A DNA stretch of 64,000 bases from Laetmonice hystrix. Lineage: Eukaryota. Below the pieces are notes generated by a model that searched no databases, was not told where the DNA came from, and worked only from the letters and a program-made list of their open reading frames with translations. The stretch is taken from positions 16,990,001 through 17,054,000 of the forward strand of contig OZ249436.1 in the NCBI GenBank assembly GCA_965235115.1. The letters run 5' to 3'. Positions within the stretch are counted from its first letter, which is position 1; each line of letters starts with the position of its first letter. The position numbers and the translations under genes are program-made. Of the stretch, positions 36,243-47,875 are shown one piece after another.

Positions 36243-36274
<32 letters not shown>

Positions 36275-36305
36275 TTTTGTCAGAACGGTGTTATGACAAA
36301 TAGAA

Positions 36306-36347
<42 letters not shown>

Positions 36348-36693
36348 ATTTTTGACTTTGAACATTTTCACTGGTGTAAATGAGCAAAAAAGTGAAAAAG
36401 TTCAAAATCAAACTTTTTTTTTTATTTTTTTATTTTTTTACCACTTCTATAACTTGGAGACCGTTATGACAAATAGAAATGGTAAAAAAAAAATTAAAAA
36501 AAAAAAAAAATTCTAAACAGTAATTAGTAATTAACATGACGAACATATCAATTTCAAACGCTCTTAACAAAAAAAGTAACCTGGTGAGGTATCATTTTTT
36601 TGCTGAATTTTGAAAGAGGACAACATACTCTGTTTATCTGCAAAATTTAAAAAAAATCTGTCTCAAACCAATTTTTGGCCTCACACTAGCACT
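36064..36693. mobile_element. Fold-back MITE (~630 bp, AG..CT ends, possibly Kolobok-like)
   Basis: agtgctagtgtgaggccaaaaattggtttgagacag... is inverted at ...ctgtctcaaaccaatttttggcctcacactagcact; arms pair for most of the length around a centre at ~36380; TSD not preserved. Confidence 0.85.
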
Positions 36694-39600
36694 AAAGAGG
36701 GTCATGGGAAGGAGTGTGGGGACCATGCAGCCAAACACTCGCGCTTCCTCGGATTTCCGTAAAGTTTGAGGAAATAACTGGCGCCACCTGATGAGTATGT
36801 GGAATCCCAAAACCACCGCAGTGGGACAATTTTCTGAGTGCCACCTGGTGATAGCATTAATTAGCCAGACACCGTAAAAATCAGAAAGACTGTTTGGTTA
36901 CCCACAATCCTTCACAGCTCTTCAATAGTATTTAATATAAAAAAAATGCTGCTGGACCAAAGAAAGACTGACCACAACCCCTTGACATGCTTCTCCATAA
37001 ATAGTTTATTATTAATTTTTTTTCATGTACAGTTCTATACCCAGTGAAGACGTGAGCTCATGCCATACTCATAATGAGCTCACCTGAAAGTCACAGGATG
37101 AGATCATAAAGATGACCTAACACTGACATCACAGTGATGTCACAATTTTACCATGATGTGACTTCACGAAAAACTACCTCACTATGATGACACAGGGAAC
37201 TCACATTTTGAGGTCATACTGTGATCTATCCGTTAGCTAACTGACATCATGGTCTTTGAGTTCATAGTGAGATCATCCTGTGAGGTCACAATATGAGGTT
37301 GCTGTGAGATCATGGTGATGTAGTCAGTGGTGTCACAACTTCTCACAGTGTGAGGTCACACTGTGAGCTTTCTGTGAGCTTATGGTGAGGTCTCACCATA
37401 CTAAGTTCTGAAGTCATATCGTGAGCTTTCTGTGACCTGTTGGTGATGTATTTGTCAAAGCATCACAGTGATGTCACAATTCTATCATGATGTGACTTCA
37501 CGAAAAACTACCTCACTATGATGACACAGGGAACTCACATTGTGAGGTCGTACTGTGATCTATCCGTTAGCTAACTGACATCATGGTCTTTGAGTTCATA
37601 GTGAGGTCATCCTGAGAGGTCACAATATGAGGTTGCTGTGAGTTCATGTATGGTGAGTTCGTGCATGGTGATGTAGTCAGTGGTGTCACAACTTCTCACA
37701 GTGTGAGGTCGCACTGTGAGCTTTCTGTGAGCTTTCTGTGACATGTTGGTGACAAGGCTATATCCCATATACATGGAGATACCAAGTGGGCGCAGGACAT
37801 CATATTTTGGGTGAATCTTAGTTGCCACGTTGACAACCATATTGCAACGTCTGTCTTACGTTAACAGGACGTCGACAAATTGACCTCAGTAGACGGCCTA
37901 ACAGCAGGTATAGACTCCTCTATGGGTCTGATATATAATATACTCTATTCGTTGTATTTGTACAAATCCATAGCGAAAGATACACGTGGTATCCTCACCG
38001 TAGGTTTATATGTGCATTTAAACACTGAAGTGTTTGTGTGAAAAAAGATATCTGAAAATGAATCCGGGAAAAAGTAAAGTTTATATATACCAATAGTAAA
38101 GTGGCCACAACGTCCGATAACCGATAGGTGGCAGCACAAGTGCCTGGGGGGGGGGGGGGGGGGGCAGGGTGATTAATTGAGCGGTTTTGGCCCCGTACAA
38201 TTTTAAACAATCAGAAAAACATCACAGATCGTTTCTTTAGGTGGCAAGGAGGATATATTAACATAATTAGGTGAATTTATGCGTAATTAAGAAAATTGAC
38301 TAGATCACATTTCTGGCCCGCCCAGACGTTGTTGGAGAGTTGCACCGAAAGGTGATATCTTTCCTAAAGTTGTGGTAATTGGTCAAAAATGGTTCAAATT
38401 CTATAAAAAGTGGCGTTATTATAGCCCTAGGTGTAATTAATTAATTCTGAATAAAAAGGTGGACTCCACAATCTGAACACTATAGCTCTTTTGATAATGC
38501 CAGGGGAGTAATCATACTGCTCCTGTATGCAGGCATGCATGGTCACTCTCTATGTACGCATACCCCGCAATCCTTATTATAGAAATACACTTTAAGAATT
38601 AATTATACTTTTAAATGAAATAAATTGTTATCCACTTTACTGTTGGAGGAACCTTAATGAAATTCTCAACGTTGCTAGGAATACCAAATCTCCAATGAGT
38701 CTTCCATTTCTAATCCATTATAACAGAAAACTGGTTAATTAATAACCTAAATAATTAGGGCTAAGTGTACTTGTGGCGCAACCTTCTGTCAGGAATAGGA
38801 AACTTTGAATACATCTGTCTGCCTGTTTTAATCGCTTATTTGGGGTACCTTTCATTCACTTTCATAGGCTCCAACTTTGCTTATATTCACAAGACCTTTT
38901 GCCGTAAAATGTCTTAAGTTTGGGATAAAAGGATTCAGTACTTTTTTAAATACGGACCCTCCGTAATTTTCCCATACAGCTACCCCGACCTGAATCCACC
39001 CTGCACGCGGGCTCCGACGCTGCTGGTCACGGCAACCGGCCGCCTGTCGGCCGGGGAATTGATAGCGAAATCCCACGCTTGCTGTGTCTTTCTGCCCGAA
39101 TATGGATCATTATGAATCTTTGCGGTTACACCCCTCAGTATCTCCCGAATAAAAACCCTGCAAGTTTGGAACCAAAGTATCTGACTTTGTTTTGAGGGCG
39201 CAATTTAAATAGGACACGCGCAGCTGTAAAAGTGTTTGGGGGGGGGGGATAGGCGGTGGTGTCGTTTTAGACGAACCTGACATATTCTAGGACACCTCCT
39301 CACCAACGTCCAAAGTTGGGATCAAGTTATTCACCCGTTTTTAAATTCCATGTGGCCTGTGCCTAAATTATACCGCGGTCCGCTGACCCAGACCTTCCTG
39401 GAGTGCAGCATTCTGCACACAGCATAATACACGCAACGAGGTACAAGCGACCGCTGGAGTGGGAATATGACCTCGGGGTCATGAGCAGTACCCCAGGTTC
39501 AGCACACGTGTACTGGTTGGCGCGCAATTCAGTTGACCGAATTCCTCCTGCATGCTCGGGTGCAGCCATCAAGACATCATTCTAGATTCTACGTCCCTCC

Positions 39601-40772
39601 AATACAGGCTACAAACACGTAAGTATAGCTATGTAATCTGTAATGATCTGCTTCATTTATTGAACTTAGGAAAGCCTCAACTAAGGAAACTAATATGTTG
39701 CTATTTCCCGCCACTTTAGATCGAGTATTCCATATGTTCTAAAATAGTTCTTCCAATAACAGCCCCGCCTCTGATGCCATCTTACAGACATAGGCTACAT
39801 ATTTAGGCCTATATATATGTGGAGGACCTTCCCCCACACCCCTTTTTAATGTAGTCCCATGCAGAACTTTAAACCAACAGTCTCATATCGCCTTTCTGAA
39901 CAAAAGATTCATACTTTTGACAGGATTGATTGGATATTGTTCCAATTTTGTAATTATTATAATAGGCCTAGTCTCTTTCACTTTCAAGGTCTACAAATTA
40001 TATATGTAGATTTGTGTGTAGAAGTACATGTAGGTAGTATAGTCTATACTCGTTGGTTTGACCTCATTCTTGCTCATATGCCCAAAGTTCCTTACACTGA
40101 ATGAGAGGGTGAGACCGCAGATATCATTATGGGATGTTGGCGGGCCATAAAAATAGGAATTAACCTACTTAGAGTGTGGAGAAATAAGATACCAGGCCGG
40201 GACTAGGTCAGGGTACTGTAACCCTGATGTTTGACATGTCAGCACATCATGCCACGTGTGAAGTATTTTATATTTAATCTACGCCAACGCATCAGTTTGT
40301 GTGTGTTCGTAGGGTTCAAAGCATTGTCTTCAATTAGAATACAGAATATGCATGGCATCTTTGCCTGGTGTGATTATTTATATGCTGCTAAGTTTCTAAT
40401 AAACTTTTCTCTTTTCTTGGGACTTTCAGTGGAGCTGTACTGTCTTTGGCCATGAGCTGGAAGGATGAGATATAAAGCACTGCTGGTACGTGTCTTAAGA
40501 GTGTAGTGATGTACTATACTTTCCACTATAAATACTATACTAAAATATTATGACTTACTGTAGTCATGTCAGAAGGGGGCTCTCGGTCTCGTCTCGATTC
40601 CGCATTTGAAAGTTCTATCAATATCTCAGGTAGTTTATCCGGTTATCCTACAAACCACACTTAAAGTGATGTGCATTTAACTAGTTGTAATCAGTTGTAA
40701 TACGCAGATTCGCATAAGTTATGACAAATTTTCCACGGCCCCACTATAGTCTAATGAGATGGATACGAACAA

Positions 40773-41263
40773 CCCTAATATTGCCATTTTCAGGAATAGT
40801 GCAGTTTGACAATGCAATGCTTTTGCAGTGTTTGAATATTATTATTGTATTTCCTTGAACATCTCCAGGTATTTTGGTTTAGGAAAATTGATTAGATCTG
40901 CAAAGGTGGAAGATCCAGTGGTACTAATAAACTATGTAGAATTGCAATGGCCAATTACTTTGTCTACGAAAAGCCTTAATATTGCCATTTCCAGGAATAA
41001 TGCAGTTTGACAATGCAATGCTTTTGCAGTGTTTAAATATTATCATTTTTATTTCCTTTAACATCTACTCCAACATTTGAAGTCTCAACTAATGATGCAG
41101 CTCTGCAACCTCCCAGGCTAAGCAACGTGACGGGACAAACCCTTCAGGTATTTTTCTATATATCACTCATTGCTATTAGTATAGGAAAATTAATTAGATC
41201 TCAACATGCAAAGGTTGAAGATCCAGTGGTACTAATAAACTATGTAGAATTGCAATGGCCAAT
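40773..41263. repeat. Local direct duplications inside the 6-kb element
   Basis: aatattgccattt..tgcaatgcttttgcagtgttt at ~40775 and ~40977; tgcaaaggt(g/t)gaagatccagtggtactaataaactatgtagaattgcaatggccaat at ~40899 and ~41207. Confidence 0.75.
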
Positions 41264-41951
41264 CATTAGAATTGTCCAGAGGTTGCCGACCTGAGCCATA
41301 CATAAAGGCATTAATATACAAAACTCTGGAAATTGCCACTGTGCAGTGTTGTAATAATAACAAATATCAAAAGTTTTTCAATATCAACTCTAATGGCTGC
41401 ACTACAATGTTTATTTCTATACATTTTCAGATTTCAGCATGCGGATTTTACAGAAAGTCTGGAGCAAAATCAGGCAGCCATCATGACATCATGAGGGATG
41501 TGGCAAAGCTCAAAGCAGTAAAGCCGGCCTCAGGTCGCCCTTGCGCCGCGCCGGATCAGTCGGCGACTGCCTAGGGCTATTTGGCGATAACCCACGACTG
41601 AGCCACGACGATCCACGACGAATCAGTCGTCGACCAAGGGTAACATGAGTGTGGTTGGGCCGGCGCGGCGACCGTCGTCGACCGAGAAGATCAGCCGTCG
41701 TAGAAGTAGAAATTGTTCAACTTCTACGCCGCGACGGAACAAGATTATAGGCCTACCAGTCGGCGATCGAGCGCAGTCGACCTGAGCGTGGTTGTAATTG
41801 ATCGGCGACAAGATGTTGACAGTCGCAGGAAGGTGTACCCGATCTCCTCACAGGCGACATGAGCATGAACCTCACGTCAATTGCCGACGGTTCCGTCGCA
41901 TCGCAAGGAATCGCAGGCCGACCGCATCCCAGACGAACAAGATCGGAATCA

Positions 41952-42272
41952 ACAAACTGAGCTCTCTGGTCTAAGAAACTGAGCTCTATGGATGGTCTGC
42001 CAAACTGAGCTCTATGGACGGTCTGACAAACTGAGCTCTATGGTCTGACAAACTGAGCTCTATGGACAGTCGGACAAACTGAGCTCTATGGTTTGTCAAA
42101 CTGAGCTCTATGGTCTGACAAACTGAGCTCTATGGACGGTCTGACAAACTGAGCTCTATGGTTTGTCAAACTGAGCTCTATGGGCTGTCAAACTGAGCTC
42201 TATGGGCTGACAAACTGAGCTCTCTGGTCTGACAAACTGAGCACTAGATCTATGGTCTGACGAACTGAGCTC
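41952..42272. repeat. 22-26-bp minisatellite
   Basis: Unit caaactgagctctatgg(acgg)tctga. Confidence 0.9.
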
Positions 42273-43245
42273 CATCTTCTTCCCTTCCAGTGTGGACATG
42301 GGCCTTTTTGTACTAATTATGATGTAATAAACATTTAAACCATAATAACTGTGTTTTTGATAAGATCTAAAAATACACAATATAAACTCGCAAATATATC
42401 ATAGTTAGCTCACCTGGTGAGTTTGCCTTGCAAACTCACAAACAGCTCACAGGAAGCTCATTCTGTGAGTTGTGCAAACTCACAGAGAAGTCACAGCTAG
42501 CTCACATGTTGAGTTCAAACTCACAAAAAGCTCACAGAAAGCACATAGTGTGAGATTTGCAAACTCATAGAAAGGTCACACTTAGCTCACCTGGTGAGTT
42601 TGTAGTACAAACTCACAAACAACTCACAGGAAGCTCATTCTGTGAGTTGTGCAAACTCACAGAGGGGTCACAGCTAGTTCACATGGTAAGTTCAAACTCA
42701 CAAAAAGCTCACAGAAAGCTCACAGTGTGAGATTTGCAAACTCATAGAAAGGTCACACTTAGCTCACCTGGTGAGTTTGTAGTACAAACTCACAAACAAC
42801 TCACAGGAAGCTCATTCTGTGAGTTGTGCAAACTCACAGAGGGGTCACAGCTAGTTCACATGGTGAGTTCAAACTCACAAAAAGCTCACAGAAAGCTCAC
42901 AGTGTGAGATTTGCAAACTCATAGAAAGGTCACAGCTAGCTCACATGGTGACCTCACAATGTGACTTTATAGTGAGTTAACCTACTTGCTTCAAAATGAG
43001 TCTGCTGTGACCTAACCATGTGATCTTTCCATACCTTTAATGTGAGGTCACAGTGAGCTCACTGTGAAGTTAGATTCTTCACTGGGTATACAACCCCCAG
43101 CCCCACAGTTTCTTCCACCCCCCCCCCCCAAAAAAAAGTTTACATTTCCCTGCACAAATCAGTAATGCTCCTTTCCCGTTATTCTCTTTTCCCCTACCCC
43201 ACCCCTAGGATGTATTTATGGATCCCCCCCCCCCATATAATTGAG

Positions 43246-46200
43246 TCAATAGTTTGGCCCGGTCAGGTCCAAGTTGTCCACCTCCTCGCGCAGGTGATCG
43301 ATGAGGTTGTTGATCTCAGAGACCCGCAGACGGTTCCGCTGAATCTCCTCCGTCTCATGGATCTTCTCGATCATTGACGACATCCATTGGTTGATCCGTG
43401 TCACCATGTCGTCCTCACGGTTGTCTACCTTCAACAGGTGTACGTCATGAGATGACGTCACAGCGTTGATGATTGTATCTTTGTCCACGAATAGCTGGAA
43501 AACAAAGGGAAGGTTGGTGGGATTTCATAACGTTTGAACGCCGTTTTTCAAAGACACTTATTCCTGAAATGACGAGTTTGAGATCCTCTCAACCACTTGT
43601 GGATTGTTGGTAGTCTGTTGGAGTTAACCTAAAGGCCGGTTTATAGTCCGTCGGTCGACCATCGGTCGACCATCGCCCGACCATCGCTCGACGTCAGGTC
43701 AAAGTTCACGTAGGTTTAACTCACAGCGATCGGTCGGCTGATGGCCGGATCGCTGAACTATAAACGTCGAGCGATGGTCGAGCGATGGTCGGCCGATGGA
43801 CTATAAACCGGCCTTAAAGCATAAGTTTATTTATTTTATTTGTTCTAACATAGATTAAAATAACACCTGGAAACTCCAGGCAATTCATATAGAGGGCAGC
43901 ACTACATGAGGCTGCTGACACACCAGTGCTGGGATTAGTCACTTTATAATGTTAGTACTGAAAGTGATCCTCCAGGCACTGACCTCTCTGAGGTCATCAG
44001 AAATCTCCTCCTCCAGCTCATTCTTGACAACCTTCTCCAGGGTGATAATGGCAATCTCTAGCAACTTCTCATTGTGCTGGTTCTCCAGGTCTCGACACTG
44101 TGAGATCAGACCCTGTACGGTCTCCAGGAAGGTGGACACCATGTCTGCCAGGTTACGCTCAAAGTCTTTGATAGCTTCCTGCAGCATAAACAGACAGAAT
44201 ACCGCCCAATCATCAAAAACCTGAAAACTGGACCAAATATTTATATGTGGCCAAGTCAATGAATTCACTGGACTGGCCAGTGTCTGCAACTTACAGTTAC
44301 ATCATTAACAGATTCTGTCAGCTTAATTACTGTAAAGGTGTTGTATCCTCAGTAGGTGTCCGTCACCTACAGACCAACCTATACTCTCATATTGTACAGA
44401 CTGACCTCCAGTTGGTCGACCAGCTGTAGCTCCAGTCCCATCAGTGTGTCCCACAGCTCAGACACTTTGTTGTTGTATTCTGACACTTTGTCTTCGATGT
44501 CCTTCTGCTCCGTCAGCTGTGTCAGCTCCTGCCATAACTGAAGCCAAAAAATGGCCTATATGTAGACAATATTAAACCATAAATATGAAATAAACATCTA
44601 TAACTACAAAAAATGCTAACATTTTCTGCACAGAATAAGTCTTTGAGTCTCCATGTGACAAATCTGGCTGTTTTTCACATATTCATATAACTTTTGTCTA
44701 TTTTCACACCTTTTTTTGTCTCTCACCTCTTTCTTGTAGTCAGTGAAGGCTCGTATTTTGTTCATTCCTATTTCCTTGTTCTCCTTCTTGGCCTCCTCAA
44801 TACACTCCCAGAACATTTTCACCTCATTCCTACGCTCCTCATGCTTCTCCAGACCGTAATCAAAGATCTGATGACAAATGGCTGTAAACTTCTCCTTGAA
44901 GATGGCCATGAGCTCATCCACTCCTGGCATGTCTGACAGCTTTTGACCCTCACTGTCCTCTGCATACAATGACTCAAACAGATGAGGCCCATTCAGGTTC
45001 TCTACGTATGCTTCCTGCAGATGACAAACCATACATTTACAAACAAATAACAAAGAGTCTGACTTGCTAAACTGAATTTTTTTGTGATTTTAAAATGAAC
45101 TTTAAAGTACCTGACTTTTAACCAAAAAATTAGGTTGTTTTATTTTCAAGATACCAGACCAGATGGCATCAACTAGAGGAAAATACATGGATTTATAGAA
45201 TACCAGTACATGGATTTAGAGAATACCAGTACATTTACAGATGCCACCTTCTTGAACATGAACTAAGAGCACATCACCTTGTGTAGCTCATGTTCCTTTG
45301 TTCTAAGAGCAAGGTCATCAGCTTTCTTCTGTGCTTGCCGCTCATCGTGCTCGATCTCCTGGATGGATATCTCATACTTCTCTCTTGCTGCAGCTTTCTG
45401 TTTTAACAAATAAACCACATTTTTTATTGCTCCATTAAATCATCTGGGGCAGCAGTTAGAAGATTTGACTAAAGCTTCCACTGCCTCATTGACATGGTTA
45501 TAACTTAGACAAAACAGGATATGGAAATACTGTAGATTTTATAGGTGGTTTTATTTTCATGTTTTTTTAAATTAAGACATCTGCAGAAATGTAGTTCTTT
45601 ATGGCTCACATCTATGCTTGCCAGCCCCAGTGCAAAATCAATCACACCGCAAAAGGAAAATGCGCAAAAATATCCACAGTCCACAGTGGAATCTACAGTA
45701 AATAGTCGTATTTCTTTTTTTACCTCAATAAGTAGACCAAAATGTAGTTATTCGAGATCTATCCTAAGTTATATAATTTGTAATAACATACTGCACTCTG
45801 ATCAATGAGTCTGTAGTCAAGATACTCAAGAAATGGCAGATGTGAAATGACGTAAGGTTGGTATTCATCAAGTGCACATATTGGGTTGCCACCCAGGTTC
45901 AGTGTCTGAAGGTTGCAGAATCGTCGCAGGTAAATGGTGTTGTCAAGATCCTTGATCTCATTGTTACCAATGGAGAAGACGTGGAGCTTGGTGAGGCTGT
46001 CCATGTTTTCTATGCGACTGATTCGGTTGTTGTAAAGAGTTAAGTCCTCCAAGTTGGTCAGCTGATCCAAGCCCTCCATCACTTCAATGTTGTTGAAAGA
46101 TAAGTCTTCAAAGATTTTAAAAAAAAATTACTTTCATCTCGCAGTCACACTTCTCTTTAAGATCAGATATTAATCTTGCCTGATGCATCATGCAATGAAC

Positions 46201-47014
46201 TCTTTATTCTAACTCCATCCATAAATGCTACAGAATTATAAGTCATTACAAGGATTAAAAAGGCAATGTAAATAGTAATGGATTCTTATTACCTAAATGA
46301 AAAAAAGTGATATAACAGCCATACTTACCAAGCCAAACAAGATTCTGCAGTTTTTCTAAACCTTCAATTTTTTCAATAATGTTGTTATCCAGCTGAAGTT
46401 TAACAAGGCTACTGAAGCACCATAAGTTGTCAATCTTCAGAATATCTACAACATACATGCATATCATTTACAGATATAAGTAAACTTTTCAATAGCCAAT
46501 GATTTATCATACTTGGCCAGACCACTCTGTAGTAAAAATTTAATTGGTGTTTACAGAAGCTGAAAACTATTTCACCATATCTGGACATTTTTTGTGTTCA
46601 TGATATCAAACACATGTATTTTTATCTCTAGAATGGGAGCCCATAAATTACAGATGTTGACCTTTAGTGCTAGAATTTTAGGGATGTGTTAATTGGAAAA
46701 ATTATGTCCCTATAAAATATAATATTGTGATGCAATAAGTCAATACTAGATCTACATACTACAGTAAAATCTAGAAACTGAATCTGGGGTGATATTTTTG
46801 TTGTAGAAACCTTTCTATTAGAAAAGATATCTATGCATTTTAAAGTAGACCAACTTTTAAAATCAAGCCTAAGAGATTCAACATCTGCAAAGTCTATGCC
46901 CTCAAGTTTGGCTATTCGTCCCGCCTCTTCCTTTGGTCCTTGTTCTTCAACTGCTCTCATCAACATGTCCTCATCGATGACTGTTGGCTCGACCGTGTCG
47001 TAGAGTCGACTCAT
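43246..47014 (-). CDS. DRC3: Dynein regulatory complex subunit 3 (LRRC48), 8 coding exons, 524 aa
   Basis: Exons (minus) 47014-46855, 46445-46329, 46105-45792, 45397-45278, 45014-44727, 44537-44406, 44178-43984, 43494-43246; 1575 nt, phases consistent. N-terminus MSRLYDTVEPTVIDEDML..EGIDF, SDS22-like LRRs (LQLDNNIIEKIEGL, LDLSFNNIEV), coiled-coil C-terminus ending SHDVHLLKVDNRED..RNRLRVSEI. Acceptor at 47029 and a donor near 47580 suggest an upstream non-coding exon. Confidence 0.95.
43633..43814. mobile_element. PIF/Harbinger-like MITE in the last DRC3 intron
   Basis: TIR aggccggtttatagtcc / ggactataaaccggcct, TAA TSD on both flanks, internal cgaccatcg repeats in inverted orientation. Confidence 0.88.
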
Positions 47015-47579
47015 CTTGTCTGCTCGCTTCTACAAGTACAGAAATTTACAACTAAGTCAACAATATAAGTGATAACACTGTCATAACTATTACGCTTTTA
47101 AATTAAAGTTAACTAGGCTAGGGAGGGTAGTTAGAACTGTCTTAGTCTTACTGAGTTAATAATATTAGACTGTGTTGACTGTTGTGTAAAAAAGTGTTAC
47201 TAAATACACTCCACAATTTTCATTTTCTTCAGACTGGGATAAACCTGTTCTCTTAGGAGTGGCCGGAGTGCTCGATTAAATAGCTATGCCTGTAAATCTA
47301 GGCCGTGACAATGTGTGGGTGTATGGCTCTGACTGTATTGCCATTTGGGAAACAGCATAGCTTCAGTGACACTGTCAGTGGTAGTGTATGTCTGTGTTTG
47401 TTTACAAACAACTTAGCTTGGTTCGGTTTGTCTTTGCTGACTTTGTCTGTGCAGTTCTTTCATACCGTACTTTCTACACCAATATTCTCTTCTCTGCGTT
47501 GCTGGTATGATTACTATTACCATTAGGCCTAAGGCCTAACGTTATAGCATTCCGCATCCTCAAATCAAGAGTAACTCAC

Positions 47580-47875
47580 TGTGACACTCCCCTGCCCCTT
47601 GAAAGTAATGATGTTTTGGTCGGCCGCTCCGTTGATCGGATCCCCCCGCGACAAATATGGCGCCCAGTTGCCAAGGTAACGGCCTCATTTCCCCACGGGA
47701 CTCGGCGATATAATTTATTACCATTTTATTTCATATCGTAGATAATGCTTCTTAAATGGACAGCATTTTAACCCCTATCTTATAATCATGCAGATGTTTG
47801 TGAACCCTTGCAAAAATTTATTCGGCAGGCGCAATGACGTCACTTGTGTTGTCCACTTCCGCAGACAGATCCAAG
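47580..47875. promoter_or_regulatory. Probable bidirectional promoter between DRC3 (-) and TOM1L2 (+)
   Basis: RFX X-box-like GTTGCCAAGGTAAC at 47667-47680 on the DRC3 side; CRE TGACGTCA at 47835-47842 and ETS-like CACTTCCG at ~47854 on the TOM1L2 side; locally CpG-rich. Confidence 0.65.

Larger units (their letters stand above)
37040..43086. mobile_element. ~6-kb non-autonomous CACTA/EnSpm-like element
   Basis: TIR cccagtgaaga / tcttcactggg with TA on both flanks; left subterminal 334-bp duplication (37127/37461) and right subterminal 177-bp repeat x3 (42406/42583/42760), rich in GTGAG/CTCAC motifs; no transposase ORF recognised. Confidence 0.78.

Noticed and set aside
37760..42400. Transposase ORF inside the 6-kb element
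   Set aside because: Only short ORFs with no DDE or TnpD-like motifs recognisable by eye; a profile search would be needed to exclude decayed remnants.
26487..47014. U12-type introns in SRP68 or DRC3
   Set aside because: None of the reconstructed donors matches GTATCCT or ATATCCT; all look U2-type.
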